A stretch of DNA of 64,000 nt from a virus. The DNA is taken from positions 1 through 64,000 of IMG/VR virus record IMGVR_UViG_3300010938_000006; one strand, written 5' to 3'. Below, in pieces: positions 37,016 to 45,271 of the stretch (positions within the stretch are counted from its first letter, which is position 1; each line of letters begins with the position of its first letter). The translations under genes were made by a program, and so were the position numbers. The notes under the pieces are model-generated. The model was not told where the DNA came from. It saw nothing but the letters and a program-made list of their open reading frames with translations, and searched no databases.

Positions 37016-37237
37016 TTACATCCTATACTTATCAGCATTAAACTTACCCATAGGTATGAGCATCCAGCCTTTACGACCATCCTCTAGTTCAATAAATCCG
37101 CAATTATAGTATCCATTGCTTTCTGCTTCTGCGGGGATTTCCTTATCATGCATATACTTTTTATTATCAAGTATATTGACAACTTTAGGAAAAGGCATTT
37201 CTTTCTTACCGAATAACTTATTAAAAATATTAAGCAC
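37016..37237 (-). CDS. hypothetical protein
   Basis: 73-aa ORF. Confidence 0.45.
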   Translation of the reverse strand: MLNIFNKLFGKKEMPFPKVVNILDNKKYMHDKEIPAEAESNGYYNCGFIELEDGRKGWMLIPMGKFNADKYRM

Positions 37238-37466
37238 TTTGTTTGTCCTTCTTTTCTTTAGCTATGCTCCAAATATACTTTTTACCTTGCGCTGCAGCGG
37301 CGGCATCTTGAGCGTATTTAAATTTAAGAATACTGATAGCTCTAGTTTCTTTTTTATTAGCATACTTATTGTCAAGTATAACTGCGCAGATAGCTCCATC
37401 TGCTTTAATAAAGCGCCAACGAGTACCATTACCATCTTTACGTTTTTCAACGGTAAATTTAGGCAT
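37230..37466 (-). CDS. DUF1508 (YegP-like) domain protein
   Basis: MPKFTVEKRKDGNGTRWRFIKADGAI... and a second half ISILKFKYAQDAA. Confidence 0.45.
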   Translation of the reverse strand: MPKFTVEKRKDGNGTRWRFIKADGAICAVILDNKYANKKETRAISILKFKYAQDAAAAAQGKKYIWSIAKEKKDKQSA

Positions 37467-37470
37467 TATT

Positions 37471-37767
37471 TTATCCTTTAAAATCAAAATTGATATTCAA
37501 ATCTCCATCAACTTGAACATTGTTGTCTTCAACAACAGATTGGGTACTTGATTCTTCTTCATTAGAACCATCGACGCTAAAGAACGTCAATTCTTTAAGC
37601 ATGGTCACAACACTAATGATTTGTACTCCATACGTTAGACCGTACACTCCATTAGCTTGTTCAAGAAACTCGGCAGACTTAGAATAAGCACGAGCTTCAC
37701 GAAGAGTATTAAACTCTGCAAAGACATCATCATTAACACGGACTTGATAATTAACAGTGCGATTCAT
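37471..37767 (-). CDS. hypothetical acidic protein
   Basis: Start set to ATG 37767, after a TTGGAGG SD. Confidence 0.5.
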   Translation of the reverse strand: MNRTVNYQVRVNDDVFAEFNTLREARAYSKSAEFLEQANGVYGLTYGVQIISVVTMLKELTFFSVDGSNEEESSTQSVVEDNNVQVDGDLNINFDFKG

Positions 37768-37799
37768 AGGAACCTCCAATATGTTTATTATAGCAATTC

Positions 37800-38015
37800 T
37801 TACTCATTATACAAGAGTTTTATCATTTTTTTATTTGTCACTGGTAAACACAATGTTTCCAGCTTTTCAGTGTAGTAAGCTTTGTATTCTTCTGTATTTT
37901 TATTATACAGACTATAAAGATTGCCTTTAGTGGTTTTTCTAACTGACCGTATTTCCCACGTAGTTTTATCTCTTAAATGAAAGTAAACTTACCCTATTTT
38001 ATGCGTCTTAGCCAT
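37800..38015 (-). pseudogene. LLY-tail family ORF interrupted by in-frame TAA (37989-37991)
   Basis: ATG 38015 is embedded in the upstream TATGGCTAA. Reads MAKTHKIG*VYFHLRDKTTWEIRS...NKKMIKLLYNE. Confidence 0.55.
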
Positions 38016-38286
38016 ATAACTTTTGTACCGTATCTTTACTAACACTTCTATCAAAAACTTTCCAGCTATTGATAGTGTCTCTTAATGTGATAAAATCTAT
38101 AGTAATAATCAACCAGTTATATTGTTCGTTATTAACTAGTTTTCGTTTTACTACTATTGCTCCCATTTGTATAGCAGATATAGTATATATCCCACTTGCG
38201 GGTAACTTAAATCCTAAAACACTACCTTTATCGTTTGATATTACTAGATAGTGTCCTATTTTAAATTGTGATATAAATTCACTCAT
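38008..38286 (-). CDS. LLY-tail family small protein
   Basis: FKIGHYLVISN near the N-terminus. Ends TVQKLYG. Confidence 0.55.
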   Translation of the reverse strand: MSEFISQFKIGHYLVISNDKGSVLGFKLPASGIYTISAIQMGAIVVKRKLVNNEQYNWLIITIDFITLRDTINSWKVFDRSVSKDTVQKLYG

Positions 38287-38494
38287 TATTAAGCATTGAC
38301 CAATCTTCTATTAGCTCTTGGTCTTCTTGCTCTCCCATTTCATACTCAAGTTGCTCAATCTTTTCTTCAACACTAGCTAATTCTATCTCAAGGTCAAGAA
38401 TTTCATAACTATCAGCTTCAATGAGCCTATAGCTAATATCCTCTGCCTTTTTGTATAGTTTCTTTAGCTCTATCGCAATCTCTACAGAAGTCAT
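38279..38494 (-). CDS. hypothetical acidic coiled-coil protein
   Basis: 71-aa ORF. Confidence 0.5.
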   Translation of the reverse strand: MTSVEIAIELKKLYKKAEDISYRLIEADSYEILDLEIELASVEEKIEQLEYEMGEQEDQELIEDWSMLNNE

Positions 38495-38677
38495 TTTAGT
38501 GTCTCTTTAAATCTAATGTAACTTAAACAAGTAAAGCTGTCAACACTCCACTAGACAATAATATTAATTCTAGTTCTGATTGTGTTAACTTTCTATTTAG
38601 AAAAGCGTGAACAGCTTTTAGCTGCTTGCTCTCGAAGAATAGCCAATCTATAAACTTGAGGGTTAAGTATATACAAT

Positions 38678-38693
38678 CGCATATATCATGCCA
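38678..38693 (-). promoter_or_regulatory. candidate sigma-54-type promoter motif
   Basis: Minus strand reads TGGCATGATATATGCG (GG-N10-GC), in the gap after the receiver-like gene. Confidence 0.35.
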
Positions 38694-38709
38694 AAGAATG
38701 CTAATAGCT

Positions 38710-39036
38710 TTATTTGTGGTTTGTGTACAGCTTGTCAATAACCTGATTAATACGTGACCTACCAACAGGATTAGAGCTAACGCAGTATATCCCATGGATA
38801 GGCAGGTATTCAGTATTTTCTTCAAGCCAACAAATGACATCATATCCAGTCTTTTCTTTGTCGCCCTCAAAAGACGCCAAATCGTGGTCCAGATACAAAA
38901 TGTCCCAAGGACCTTCTTCTTTTAAAAGTCTAATGCCTTCAAAATAATCTCTAGCTATCGTATGAGATTCATTCTCTTGTTGTTTGTGTACTTGTTCAAA
39001 GTTGCGAGCATCATCAATTAGTAGTATACGCTTTAT
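38710..39036 (-). pseudogene. receiver-like domain protein lacking a canonical start (ATA at 39034-39036)
   Basis: The frame reads (ATA)KRILLIDDARNF...WDILYLDHDLA...VSSNPVGRSRINQVI. There is no ATG/GTG/TTG before the TTG at 38898, which lies inside the domain. Confidence 0.55.
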
Positions 39037-39051
39037 ACTGCTAGTATAGCA

Positions 39052-39399
39052 TTATTTATATTCGCAAACAATAGGACCAGGCAAATATATGCAAGATTCT
39101 AAGTGTCCTTTATGTTTACAAACCTTAATCTTAGTCTCCTTGCACACTTTCTTAGGTGTCGGCTTAGACGTAGGAGTAGGCGGACAAGGTGTTGGAGTTG
39201 GAGGCACAGGCGTTGGGGTAGGAGCTACGCAACACAAAGGAGGCGTAGGTTTGGGCGTAGCAACAGGAGGAGTAGGACACGGTGTAGAAGACGGTGTAGG
39301 ATTAGAGTATACACTATTGTCTGAGCTACAATCTTCACAACGACCACAACCAAACAATCCCATCAAAATAATTACAAAAAATACATAAAACAGTTTCAT
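39052..39399 (-). CDS. Pro/Thr-rich lipoprotein
   Basis: Signal peptide with lipobox GLFGC, followed by PTPxP repeats and Cys pairs. Confidence 0.65.
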   Translation of the reverse strand: MKLFYVFFVIILMGLFGCGRCEDCSSDNSVYSNPTPSSTPCPTPPVATPKPTPPLCCVAPTPTPVPPTPTPCPPTPTSKPTPKKVCKETKIKVCKHKGHLESCIYLPGPIVCEYK

Positions 39400-39413
39400 T
39401 ACAGTCTCCTTAA

Positions 39414-39941
39414 TTAAAATTCTACCTCAACGCCACCAGTAGTCAAGCCATTTGTAAACATTTGTCCAGTAATCCAAACTGGACTTAGCACACGAACAGA
39501 CAAAGAACCACCAATAACAAGACCATCTCTAAGATTATAATTGGTAAGTGATGGGTTGATCTGTAACTGTTTAACTCTAATAGGGCCACAACCTGCGTGT
39601 GCGCCCACTCGAAAACGAGCACGAGTTGGTACATGAATAACTTTAGCACGAGCCTGTGCATCAGCATTATTATTGATATATACATTAACGTTTTGTTTTT
39701 GTTGTTGGTCCTGTTCTTAGTCTTGCTTTTGTTGAGGTTCTCGTTGAACTATTGTTTTAATAACAACCTGTTTTTTAACAGCAGATTTAGACTTTGGCTT
39801 TGGGGTAGCAGGACATAGTTTAACACACTTAGGTTCTTCTGATTATGGTACAGAATCTCCCTTAGCTAGTTTGCTAAACAATACCGAACTGACTACAATC
39901 ATTGCTAAAAACAAGAAAAAATAACCAATAAACGTTTTCAT
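39414..39941 (-). pseudogene. secreted beta-rich (outer-membrane-protein-like) gene with two in-frame TAA (39843-39845, 39717-39719)
   Basis: Strong SD TAAGGAGATAT then ATG 39941. One frame runs to 39414: signal peptide MKTFIGYFFLFLAMIVV..., ...GDSVP*SEEPK..., REPQQKQD*EQDQQQKQ..., C-terminal ...GGVEVEF. Confidence 0.65.
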
Positions 39942-39956
39942 ATATCTCCTTAAAAA

Positions 39957-40103
39957 TTAAGTGTAGCACACTTTCTTTACCAAGTAATCAATAAAAGTTT
40001 TTGCTTCATCAAGATTACAACAAAACATTTTACCTTGTTCGCCTAAGCTTACAAAATAAGCACCAGCGCCATAAGTTTCTATTGTGTATCCTTTATAATT
40101 CAT
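39957..40103 (-). CDS. 48-aa hypothetical protein
   Basis: MNYKGYTIETYGAGAYFVSLGEQGKMFCCNLDEAKTFIDYLVKKVCYT. ATGA overlap with the HNH stop. Confidence 0.45.
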   Translation of the reverse strand: MNYKGYTIETYGAGAYFVSLGEQGKMFCCNLDEAKTFIDYLVKKVCYT

Positions 40104-40291
40104 AATTTTAATAAACCTTTATCATATTCCCAGTGATGATTCGGACATAAATATACCATATTTTGTTTAGTATTTACAACTTTTATCTTAGTATTTTTAG
40201 GAAATTCACTTATACCTTTAAGATGACATACTTCTACATGTTTAGAGTAAGAACATACTTTACATTATTTAGGGATATTCAATCTGTTCAT
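40100..40291 (-). pseudogene. minimal HNH endonuclease with in-frame TAA (40265-40267)
   Basis: MNRLNIPK*CKVCSYSKHVEVCHLKGISEF...NMVYLCPNHHWEYDKGLLKL. ATGA overlaps at both ends. Confidence 0.65.
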
Positions 40292-40593
40292 ATAGGTACG
40301 TAAGCATTAGGACTACCTTTATGTTTATTCCAATAGTATCTTATTGTTCTATTTAAAGTTTTATCTATAATTATTTTTTTAGTACATTTCATGCAAGTTT
40401 TTGAATATTTATGTTTAAATACTCCACACTCACATTTAAATAGTTCAATAGGACTAGAACTATCTTTAATATAACATTTACGACAAGTAATCGAAACTAC
40501 TTGTTTTTTGCTACTGCATCGGCATTTATCGTATTCTATTAATCTTGACATAAAATTGGTACGGGCTGGAAAAGTTGAATTTCTTAGCACCAC
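40288..40593 (-). CDS. Cys-rich (multi zinc-ribbon) hypothetical protein
   Basis: CRC...CRKC...CEC...CMKC pairs in 101 aa. Confidence 0.5.
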   Translation of the reverse strand: MVLRNSTFPARTNFMSRLIEYDKCRCSSKKQVVSITCRKCYIKDSSSPIELFKCECGVFKHKYSKTCMKCTKKIIIDKTLNRTIRYYWNKHKGSPNAYVPI

Positions 40594-40641
40594 CTTATAA
40601 GAGTGGAATACGCCCGGCGATATTAAGCTTCAGCCCGTTAT

Positions 40642-40878
40642 TTAATTATACAGAATAAAGTCCATCTTGGATGCTTTTTTTATTAGCTTACATCTCATAT
40701 CTATACTCTCACAACTAATCCTAGCTTTTTTCCCAGTACTGTAACAATATAGTTCGTATTGAGCGTATTTGATAGCTAATTCATTAATTACTTTACATAT
40801 CAAAAAGATTTGAGATTGCGCTAGTGGGCGGGGTGCGACTGTAACTTGAATTATATCTCCAGCTTTAAACTTAGTCAT
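40642..40878 (-). CDS. LLY-tail family small protein
   Basis: FKAGDIIQV near the N-terminus. Ends MDFILYN. Confidence 0.55.
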   Translation of the reverse strand: MTKFKAGDIIQVTVAPRPLAQSQIFLICKVINELAIKYAQYELYCYSTGKKARISCESIDMRCKLIKKASKMDFILYN

Positions 40879-41155
40879 AAAGTAATTGTAGTAGTTTTTG
40901 TGAAACTAAAATACTATTTTTATTTAAAGATAAAACAGGGTAATCACAATTAAACCCATTAAGGCTATTAATTCCTGTATGCCGTACTAGTAACCCATTG
41001 TCACTTTTAGGATATCTGTTCTCATATATCAAAGTGATGTTATAAAAAGACTTTTCTTTATAGAGAATAGCTTCAATTCTGTAGACTTCTATGTTGCCTT
41101 CTTCATCATATAGTAACACATGGTCGCCACAATAAAAATTTCCTTTACTCTCCAT
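40871..41155 (-). CDS. LLY-tail family small protein
   Basis: FYCGDHVLLY near the N-terminus. Ends LLQLLYD. Confidence 0.55.
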   Translation of the reverse strand: MESKGNFYCGDHVLLYDEEGNIEVYRIEAILYKEKSFYNITLIYENRYPKSDNGLLVRHTGINSLNGFNCDYPVLSLNKNSILVSQKLLQLLYD

Positions 41156-41386
41156 ATAGCAATGGTCCTAGTTTACCTGCAGGCATAACTAGTTCTGATT
41201 TTGGATCAAATCTTTCTGCGCTCCACTCATAAACCTTTGGTTTCTTTGCATTAACAAACTTAACTTTATACTTAGCATATCCACTAGCAGTAAACAAGAC
41301 ACATTCAATAATAGCTTTAGACTTACCAAATTGCCCTTTGGTAAGAACAATATCGCCCGCATTAAATTTATAAGTTTTATTCTCCA
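41145..41386 (-). CDS. LLY-tail family small protein
   Basis: Start set to ATG 41386 (MENKTYKFNAGDIVL...). Ends LGPLLYGE. Confidence 0.55.
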
Positions 41387-41571
41387 TATAAATCTTCAAC
41401 CATTATACTCTCTCGTATTTTAAATGCAATACCATCTACCCAATTAACAAAAGCTGTTGCCTGATTATCTTGTTTATACAGCTTATGTATTTTAAATCAG
41501 TTTTTAAAAAATAGATTGTCAATTCAATAAACATTAGATACAATCCTCTCCGTCTTTGTGCCCCACATCAT
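41377..41571 (-). pseudogene. LLY-tail family ORF with two in-frame TGA (41524-41526, 41497-41499)
   Basis: MMWGTKTERIVSNVY*IDNLFFKN*FKIHKLYKQDNQATAFVNWVDGIAFKIRESIMVEDLYGE. The end embeds the next ATG. Confidence 0.5.
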
Positions 41572-41758
41572 ACCCATCACTATAGCCTTCATCGTATCCT
41601 AAAGTATATCCTTCTGAATGTATCTCGTCAAACAATTCACTTATCTGTGAATCATTTACATTGTAAAGTAATATAAGCTATGGATGTTTTTTTATTAGTT
41701 GTTCTAATTTAATATGTAAATTATCTGTTTGATTTACTTTAGAGTTTCTATCTCTTAT
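41534..41758 (-). pseudogene. small acidic ORF with ATA in place of ATG (41756-41758) and in-frame TAG (41678-41680)
   Basis: (ATA)RDRNSKVNQTDNLHIKLEQLIKKHP*LILLYNVNDSQISELFDEIHSEGYTLGYDEGYSDGYDVGHKDGEDCI. The junction CTATAAGAG would be a canonical CTATGAGAG (ATGA) overlap after a single A-to-G change. Confidence 0.45.
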
Positions 41759-42096
41759 AGGTATTCCCCTCTATCAGACTTCTTACAGTCCGTATTCATA
41801 ACGAAATACTTAGGTATAGTGAACATCAATACACCATCACCATCCCAATAATAACACATAAGAGTAACTGTTTCAAAATTCAAGTAGGTATTATCTTTAA
41901 TATCATCGTAGCTACAATCCATTAGCACGGCAGCACTGTGAATTAAATCATATCCATCAAGCGTGCTATCATCAATGCGCTTGTAGTCTCTATGAACAAG
42001 AAAGGTACTATAACAACCGTAATCGTCTTCTCTTAGCTTAACAAAAGCCTCATCTCTTAACTGTTCACCTAAAAAATTTGGACTAGTCTTACTCAT
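41755..42096 (-). CDS. hypothetical protein
   Basis: Start set to ATG 42096 (MSKTSPNFLGE...), embedded in the upstream TATGAGTAA. Confidence 0.5.
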   Translation of the reverse strand: MSKTSPNFLGEQLRDEAFVKLREDDYGCYSTFLVHRDYKRIDDSTLDGYDLIHSAAVLMDCSYDDIKDNTYLNFETVTLMCYYWDGDGVLMFTIPKYFVMNTDCKKSDRGEYL

Positions 42097-42295
42097 ACAG
42101 TTGTTTAGCCATAGCAGTATTAGGTATTGCTTCAAATATGTAACCGTAGTTGCGAGCCTGAGCTAAAGTGTCCAAATCTTTCTGTGTAGCGTGTTTAGTT
42201 ACTATATAACCATATATTTCAGTTGCGTCTTTAGCTTCTTTAAGACCAAAATTAAAGACAGTACGTAATTCTTTAATGTAATTAAAATCAATCAT
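42089..42295 (-). CDS. LLY-tail family small protein
   Basis: Ends TAMAKQLYE. Confidence 0.5.
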   Translation of the reverse strand: MIDFNYIKELRTVFNFGLKEAKDATEIYGYIVTKHATQKDLDTLAQARNYGYIFEAIPNTAMAKQLYE

Positions 42296-42584
42296 TGTCA
42301 GTTAAATATAGCATAGAGCCTAGTTTGGTATCAATAGGCATTATTGTATCTAGTGGTGTCCACATTCCCATTTTATATTCTTCAATGAAGTGGTCCATCT
42401 CTCTCCAAAATTCATACTTCTTATGCTTACGGCTACGTATTACTGTATAGCTATCGGCTCCCACTAATTTCTTTAAACTTATAGATACAATAGGCCCACT
42501 TCCATTTTTACGGCGCACTTTAGTAACTAGAACATTAAACCTATCTCCAAACGCATTAAATTGCATCATGCGTCCTTTTACCAT
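42288..42584 (-). CDS. LLY-tail family small protein
   Basis: Ends LGSMLYLTDND. Confidence 0.5.
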   Translation of the reverse strand: MVKGRMMQFNAFGDRFNVLVTKVRRKNGSGPIVSISLKKLVGADSYTVIRSRKHKKYEFWREMDHFIEEYKMGMWTPLDTIMPIDTKLGSMLYLTDND

Positions 42585-42591
42585 AAAAATA

Positions 42592-42846
42592 TCAATGAAT
42601 TACTTGAGGCTTAAATGTGCTAGTTGAACTATCATCCCACTCATCCTTTAATGAACAACCGTCCCAATCTATTGGGTAGAATACGTGAGCATTATTTAAA
42701 TCCCACATGGGATCAGTTTTAACAATACCAACGTGTCGTTTCCATACTTGGTATGCTACCACTGTACGTGTACCAATATCAATAACTTTCCACGCTCCAC
42801 TATCAGTGTAAAAGTATTTGCCTATTTTAAATTCTACAAGCTTCAT
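42592..42846 (-). CDS. hypothetical small protein (FKIGKYFYTDSG strand)
   Basis: 84-aa ORF. Confidence 0.5.
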   Translation of the reverse strand: MKLVEFKIGKYFYTDSGAWKVIDIGTRTVVAYQVWKRHVGIVKTDPMWDLNNAHVFYPIDWDGCSLKDEWDDSSTSTFKPQVIH

Positions 42847-43078
42847 CTGTATATATCTCCAAATCCCATTTCTTTGGTTTCTTATTTACAAACCTGTGGC
42901 TGGTTAAATAATCATCAAAATCACAATCGTGAGAACGCTCCATTCTTTCGAATAGGTATATGGTATCCTCACTAAGAGGAGCGGCACGATAACTAAGCAT
43001 TCTAATAGGGTATTCTGTAACCGTATCATTTAAACCCATCGCTTTAACACGGCCTAATTCTTTAACTTTAAAGGGCAC
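42827..43078 (-). CDS. hypothetical protein
   Basis: 83-aa ORF with a GTG start. Confidence 0.45.
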   Translation of the reverse strand: MPFKVKELGRVKAMGLNDTVTEYPIRMLSYRAAPLSEDTIYLFERMERSHDCDFDDYLTSHRFVNKKPKKWDLEIYTDEACRI

Positions 43079-43187
43079 TTATAAGTCCGTTAGTTGTTTT
43101 TATAGCATCATCAATAGTAGAGGTAATGATTGTATTTTTATTCCAACTCATAATATATTTTCTTCTATAAATTTTTTTGAATTCATA

Positions 43188-43469
43188 TTACTCTCCGTAT
43201 AATTATAGCAATATCTTATCATTTCGCAATATCTTTTTAGTATATTTTACTAAAGTCTTTTGTCTAAATGTTGTGGTTTGTCCACTAAATGATTTATTTA
43301 AAGCCATTACTTGCCACTCTTGTCTATTCTTATCTCTTGATTTCTTCAATTGTTTCAATATTAATAGTTCTGGTAGACTTGCAAAATTGCCTTCTAGAAT
43401 ATCGCCAACTTTTATATGATTAATTGACTCCATATAATAATCGTCCAAATTTTGAACCGATAATTTCAT
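43188..43469 (-). pseudogene. LLY-tail family ORF whose conserved tail lies beyond an in-frame TAA (43203-43205)
   Basis: ...IKVGDILEGN...KKILRNDKILL*LYGE, then TAA at 43188-43190. The family C-terminus LYGE is only reached by reading through the first TAA. Confidence 0.6.
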
Positions 43470-43626
43470 AATTCTCTAGTAAAATAGACCTTTCTACACG
43501 ATGTGCAAAACCTTGCCTATCCAAAATAATATATTGATCTCCATCCTTTAAGATGATTACAAATACGTTTTTAGTGCGTTTATTTATTGCAAAGTTGCCG
43601 ATTGTAATTGACATGATACTACCCAT
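43420..43626 (-). CDS. LLY-tail family small protein
   Basis: Ends KFGRLLYGVN. Confidence 0.55.
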   Translation of the reverse strand: MGSIMSITIGNFAINKRTKNVFVIILKDGDQYIILDRQGFAHRVERSILLENYEIIGSKFGRLLYGVN

Positions 43627-43864
43627 GTGCTCGAAATGATTCTATTTCATCAATACGTGAACGTCCATCAGCTATTAGCCCACCAAACTTAATAGGTTTT
43701 TTCATATATACTTTATCCGCATCTCGTAAATTCTTTAAACGCATATCAATACCAGTCAATAATTCAGAATAGGGCATGTCCAATTTACGTCTTTTTATAG
43801 AGAGGGCATGGTCGATTTTCGCTCTTTTAGAGGAAGGGGCATGTCCGATTTTTCTTCCTTTCAT
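43619..43864 (-). CDS. basic repeat protein (first gene of the leftward arm)
   Basis: Start set to ATG 43864, after a TTGGAG SD. Has RKIGHAPS/AKIDHALS/RKLDMPYS repeats. Confidence 0.5.
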   Translation of the reverse strand: MKGRKIGHAPSSKRAKIDHALSIKRRKLDMPYSELLTGIDMRLKNLRDADKVYMKKPIKFGGLIADGRSRIDEIESFRAHG

Positions 43865-43934
43865 TTTCAAAACTCCAATTTTTCTGATTTTTCTAATTGT
43901 GTTGATTATGTGATTTTCTTCACAATTCAAAAGT

Positions 43935-43950
43935 TGGCATAGTTTATGCT
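43935..43950 (+). promoter_or_regulatory. sigma-54-type promoter motif P1
   Basis: TGGCATAGTTTATGCT (GG-N10-GC). Confidence 0.45.
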
Positions 43951-43952
43951 AA

Positions 43953-43968
43953 TGCAATCTTCATGCCA
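43953..43968 (-). promoter_or_regulatory. sigma-54-type promoter motif facing the leftward arm
   Basis: Minus strand reads TGGCATGAAGATTGCA, about 75 nt upstream of ATG 43864. Forms an inverted pair with P1. Confidence 0.5.
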
Positions 43969-44116
43969 ATACACTAGCACGCTTATTGCAATTGCAATAC
44001 TGATACCACGGTAACAGTACGGTTCTTGCTATAGAATACTCCAAGCCTAATCTAGGCTAAATATATATCTAAACCTAGACTAGGCTCGATTGGAGTAAAT
44101 TAATAATTATAGCACT

Positions 44117-44132
44117 TGGCATTTATATTGCA
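44117..44132 (+). promoter_or_regulatory. sigma-54-type promoter motif P2
   Basis: TGGCATTTATATTGCA. Full match to TGGCAY-N5-TTGCW. Confidence 0.55.
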
Positions 44133-44250
44133 ATTACTATTAATCGTATAAGAACTTTACATGTTGATATAGTATACATTAGCCTCACTTGCAGCCTAAT
44201 ACTGTATACAATTAATACTAAATTCATAATTGCATTGTGCCTAAATCACT

Positions 44251-44266
44251 TGGCATCGACGTTGCA
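44251..44266 (+). promoter_or_regulatory. sigma-54-type promoter motif P3
   Basis: TGGCATCGACGTTGCA, 57 nt upstream of ATG 44323. Confidence 0.6.
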
Positions 44267-44322
44267 TCTAATACTAATCGAACGTTGCACTAAATGCAAC
44301 TTAACTAATGGAATAAATCACA

Positions 44323-44595
44323 ATGCAAGCTAATCAAGTTAACCGTAAAGAGTCTAAAGAATCGGCGTATAGTCAAGTTAAACGGCTATATAAGTCTGTT
44401 ATCAATACCGCTAATATTAAAGACAACGGTTATAGTGCGTCTCATACCGCTCTATTTGTGTGTTCTAATAAGAGTATTGAGGCTAAGAATATTGATACTA
44501 ATGCATTCTGTACTTGGGTACATGCATTGACGGGTATTAAGAATACCACAACGGAACGGTATCTTAGACTGTTTAAATCTATTGACGTTAAGTAA
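44323..44595 (+). CDS. hypothetical protein (island)
   Basis: 90-aa ORF after a TGGAATAAA SD-like motif. Confidence 0.55.
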   Translation: MQANQVNRKESKESAYSQVKRLYKSVINTANIKDNGYSASHTALFVCSNKSIEAKNIDTNAFCTWVHALTGIKNTTTERYLRLFKSIDVK

Positions 44596-44650
44596 CGTTC
44601 GGCTTGGGTTAAGTTGAACGTATGCTGATAACCCTAAACTTGAGGTATAT

Positions 44651-44803
44651 ATGTAGACCGTGTTAAGGAATGTACAGGAATTCAATATTAACAATGTATT
44701 GAATACGCATGCTGAGACACACGACGTTGTAACTATTATACCGTCGCATAAAGACACTGAGACAGAGTGTATTATATATCTAATTGTGTTAAAGATTAAA
44801 TAG
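44651..44803 (+). pseudogene. small ORF with TAG as codon 2 (44654-44656)
   Basis: SD TTGAGGTATAT, then ATG TAG, then 48 open codons TVLRNVQEFNINNVLNTHAETHDVVTIIPSHKDTETECIIYLIVLKIK. Confidence 0.35.
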
Positions 44804-44811
44804 AGGTGCTT

Positions 44812-45201
44812 ATGCAAGAATTCTGTATTGGAGACATCGTACAACTTAGAGATGGTAACGTTTATAAAATTGAGAACATTCGATATATTCCTCGTGGCCA
44901 TGCTAAAGACGGTATAGGTGGTAATCTGTATACGTTGCATTGCATTACATTTCCCGAAGAATATAAAAGTTATTATGAGACTAGGATGCGTAATGAGGCA
45001 TTAGTTGTGCAATTCTCAAATCAAGTTGACGATAAGTTTATTGAGACTATTAGCGATCCAATGCCTGCAATCGGCGTACCCGCATTAGATAAAAGTGTTA
45101 AGAGTACCTCTAAACTTAAACCTATTGACACTAGGCCGCTTGCTAAAGTTTATATCCTAGCAGAATATAGACAACGTAAACAACTTAGACGCCGTGCCTA
45201 A
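44812..45201 (+). CDS. hypothetical protein with SH3-like FCIGDIVQLRDG strand
   Basis: SD TAGAGGTGCTT then ATG 44812. Confidence 0.55.
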   Translation: MQEFCIGDIVQLRDGNVYKIENIRYIPRGHAKDGIGGNLYTLHCITFPEEYKSYYETRMRNEALVVQFSNQVDDKFIETISDPMPAIGVPALDKSVKSTSKLKPIDTRPLAKVYILAEYRQRKQLRRRA

Positions 45202-45271
45202 TTAGGCTTAAAGTATTGCTTAGCTGTATATAAGTTACACAATATGCTTATTAATAGCAAGCCTAGTATTG

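Noticed and set aside
3979-37875. Various 60-120 aa plus-strand ORFs inside minus-strand genes (for example 3979..4200, 4758..5051, 17984..18286, 20154..20411, 21036..21363, 37116..37481)
   Set aside because: They are all nested antisense within longer, functionally assignable or operon-consistent minus-strand genes. They lack SDs and have low-complexity translations.
38523-38870. 115-aa minus-strand ORF
   Set aside because: Its first 160 nt overlap the well-supported receiver-like gene in another frame. Only the 3' third (38523-38709) could be coding, and that part has no canonical start. Left unannotated.
39089-39388. Plus-strand ORFs 39089..39388 and 39103..39324 (Gly/Val- or Arg-rich)
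   Set aside because: They are antisense reading of the Pro/Thr repeat lipoprotein gene. Repeat-driven open frames.
44102-44331. 76-codon hydrophobic frame starting at ATA after a GATTGGAGTAAAT SD-like motif
   Set aside because: It overlaps promoter motifs P2 and P3 and lies in a region where several frames are open for compositional reasons. It has no canonical start. Kept only as a weak possibility.
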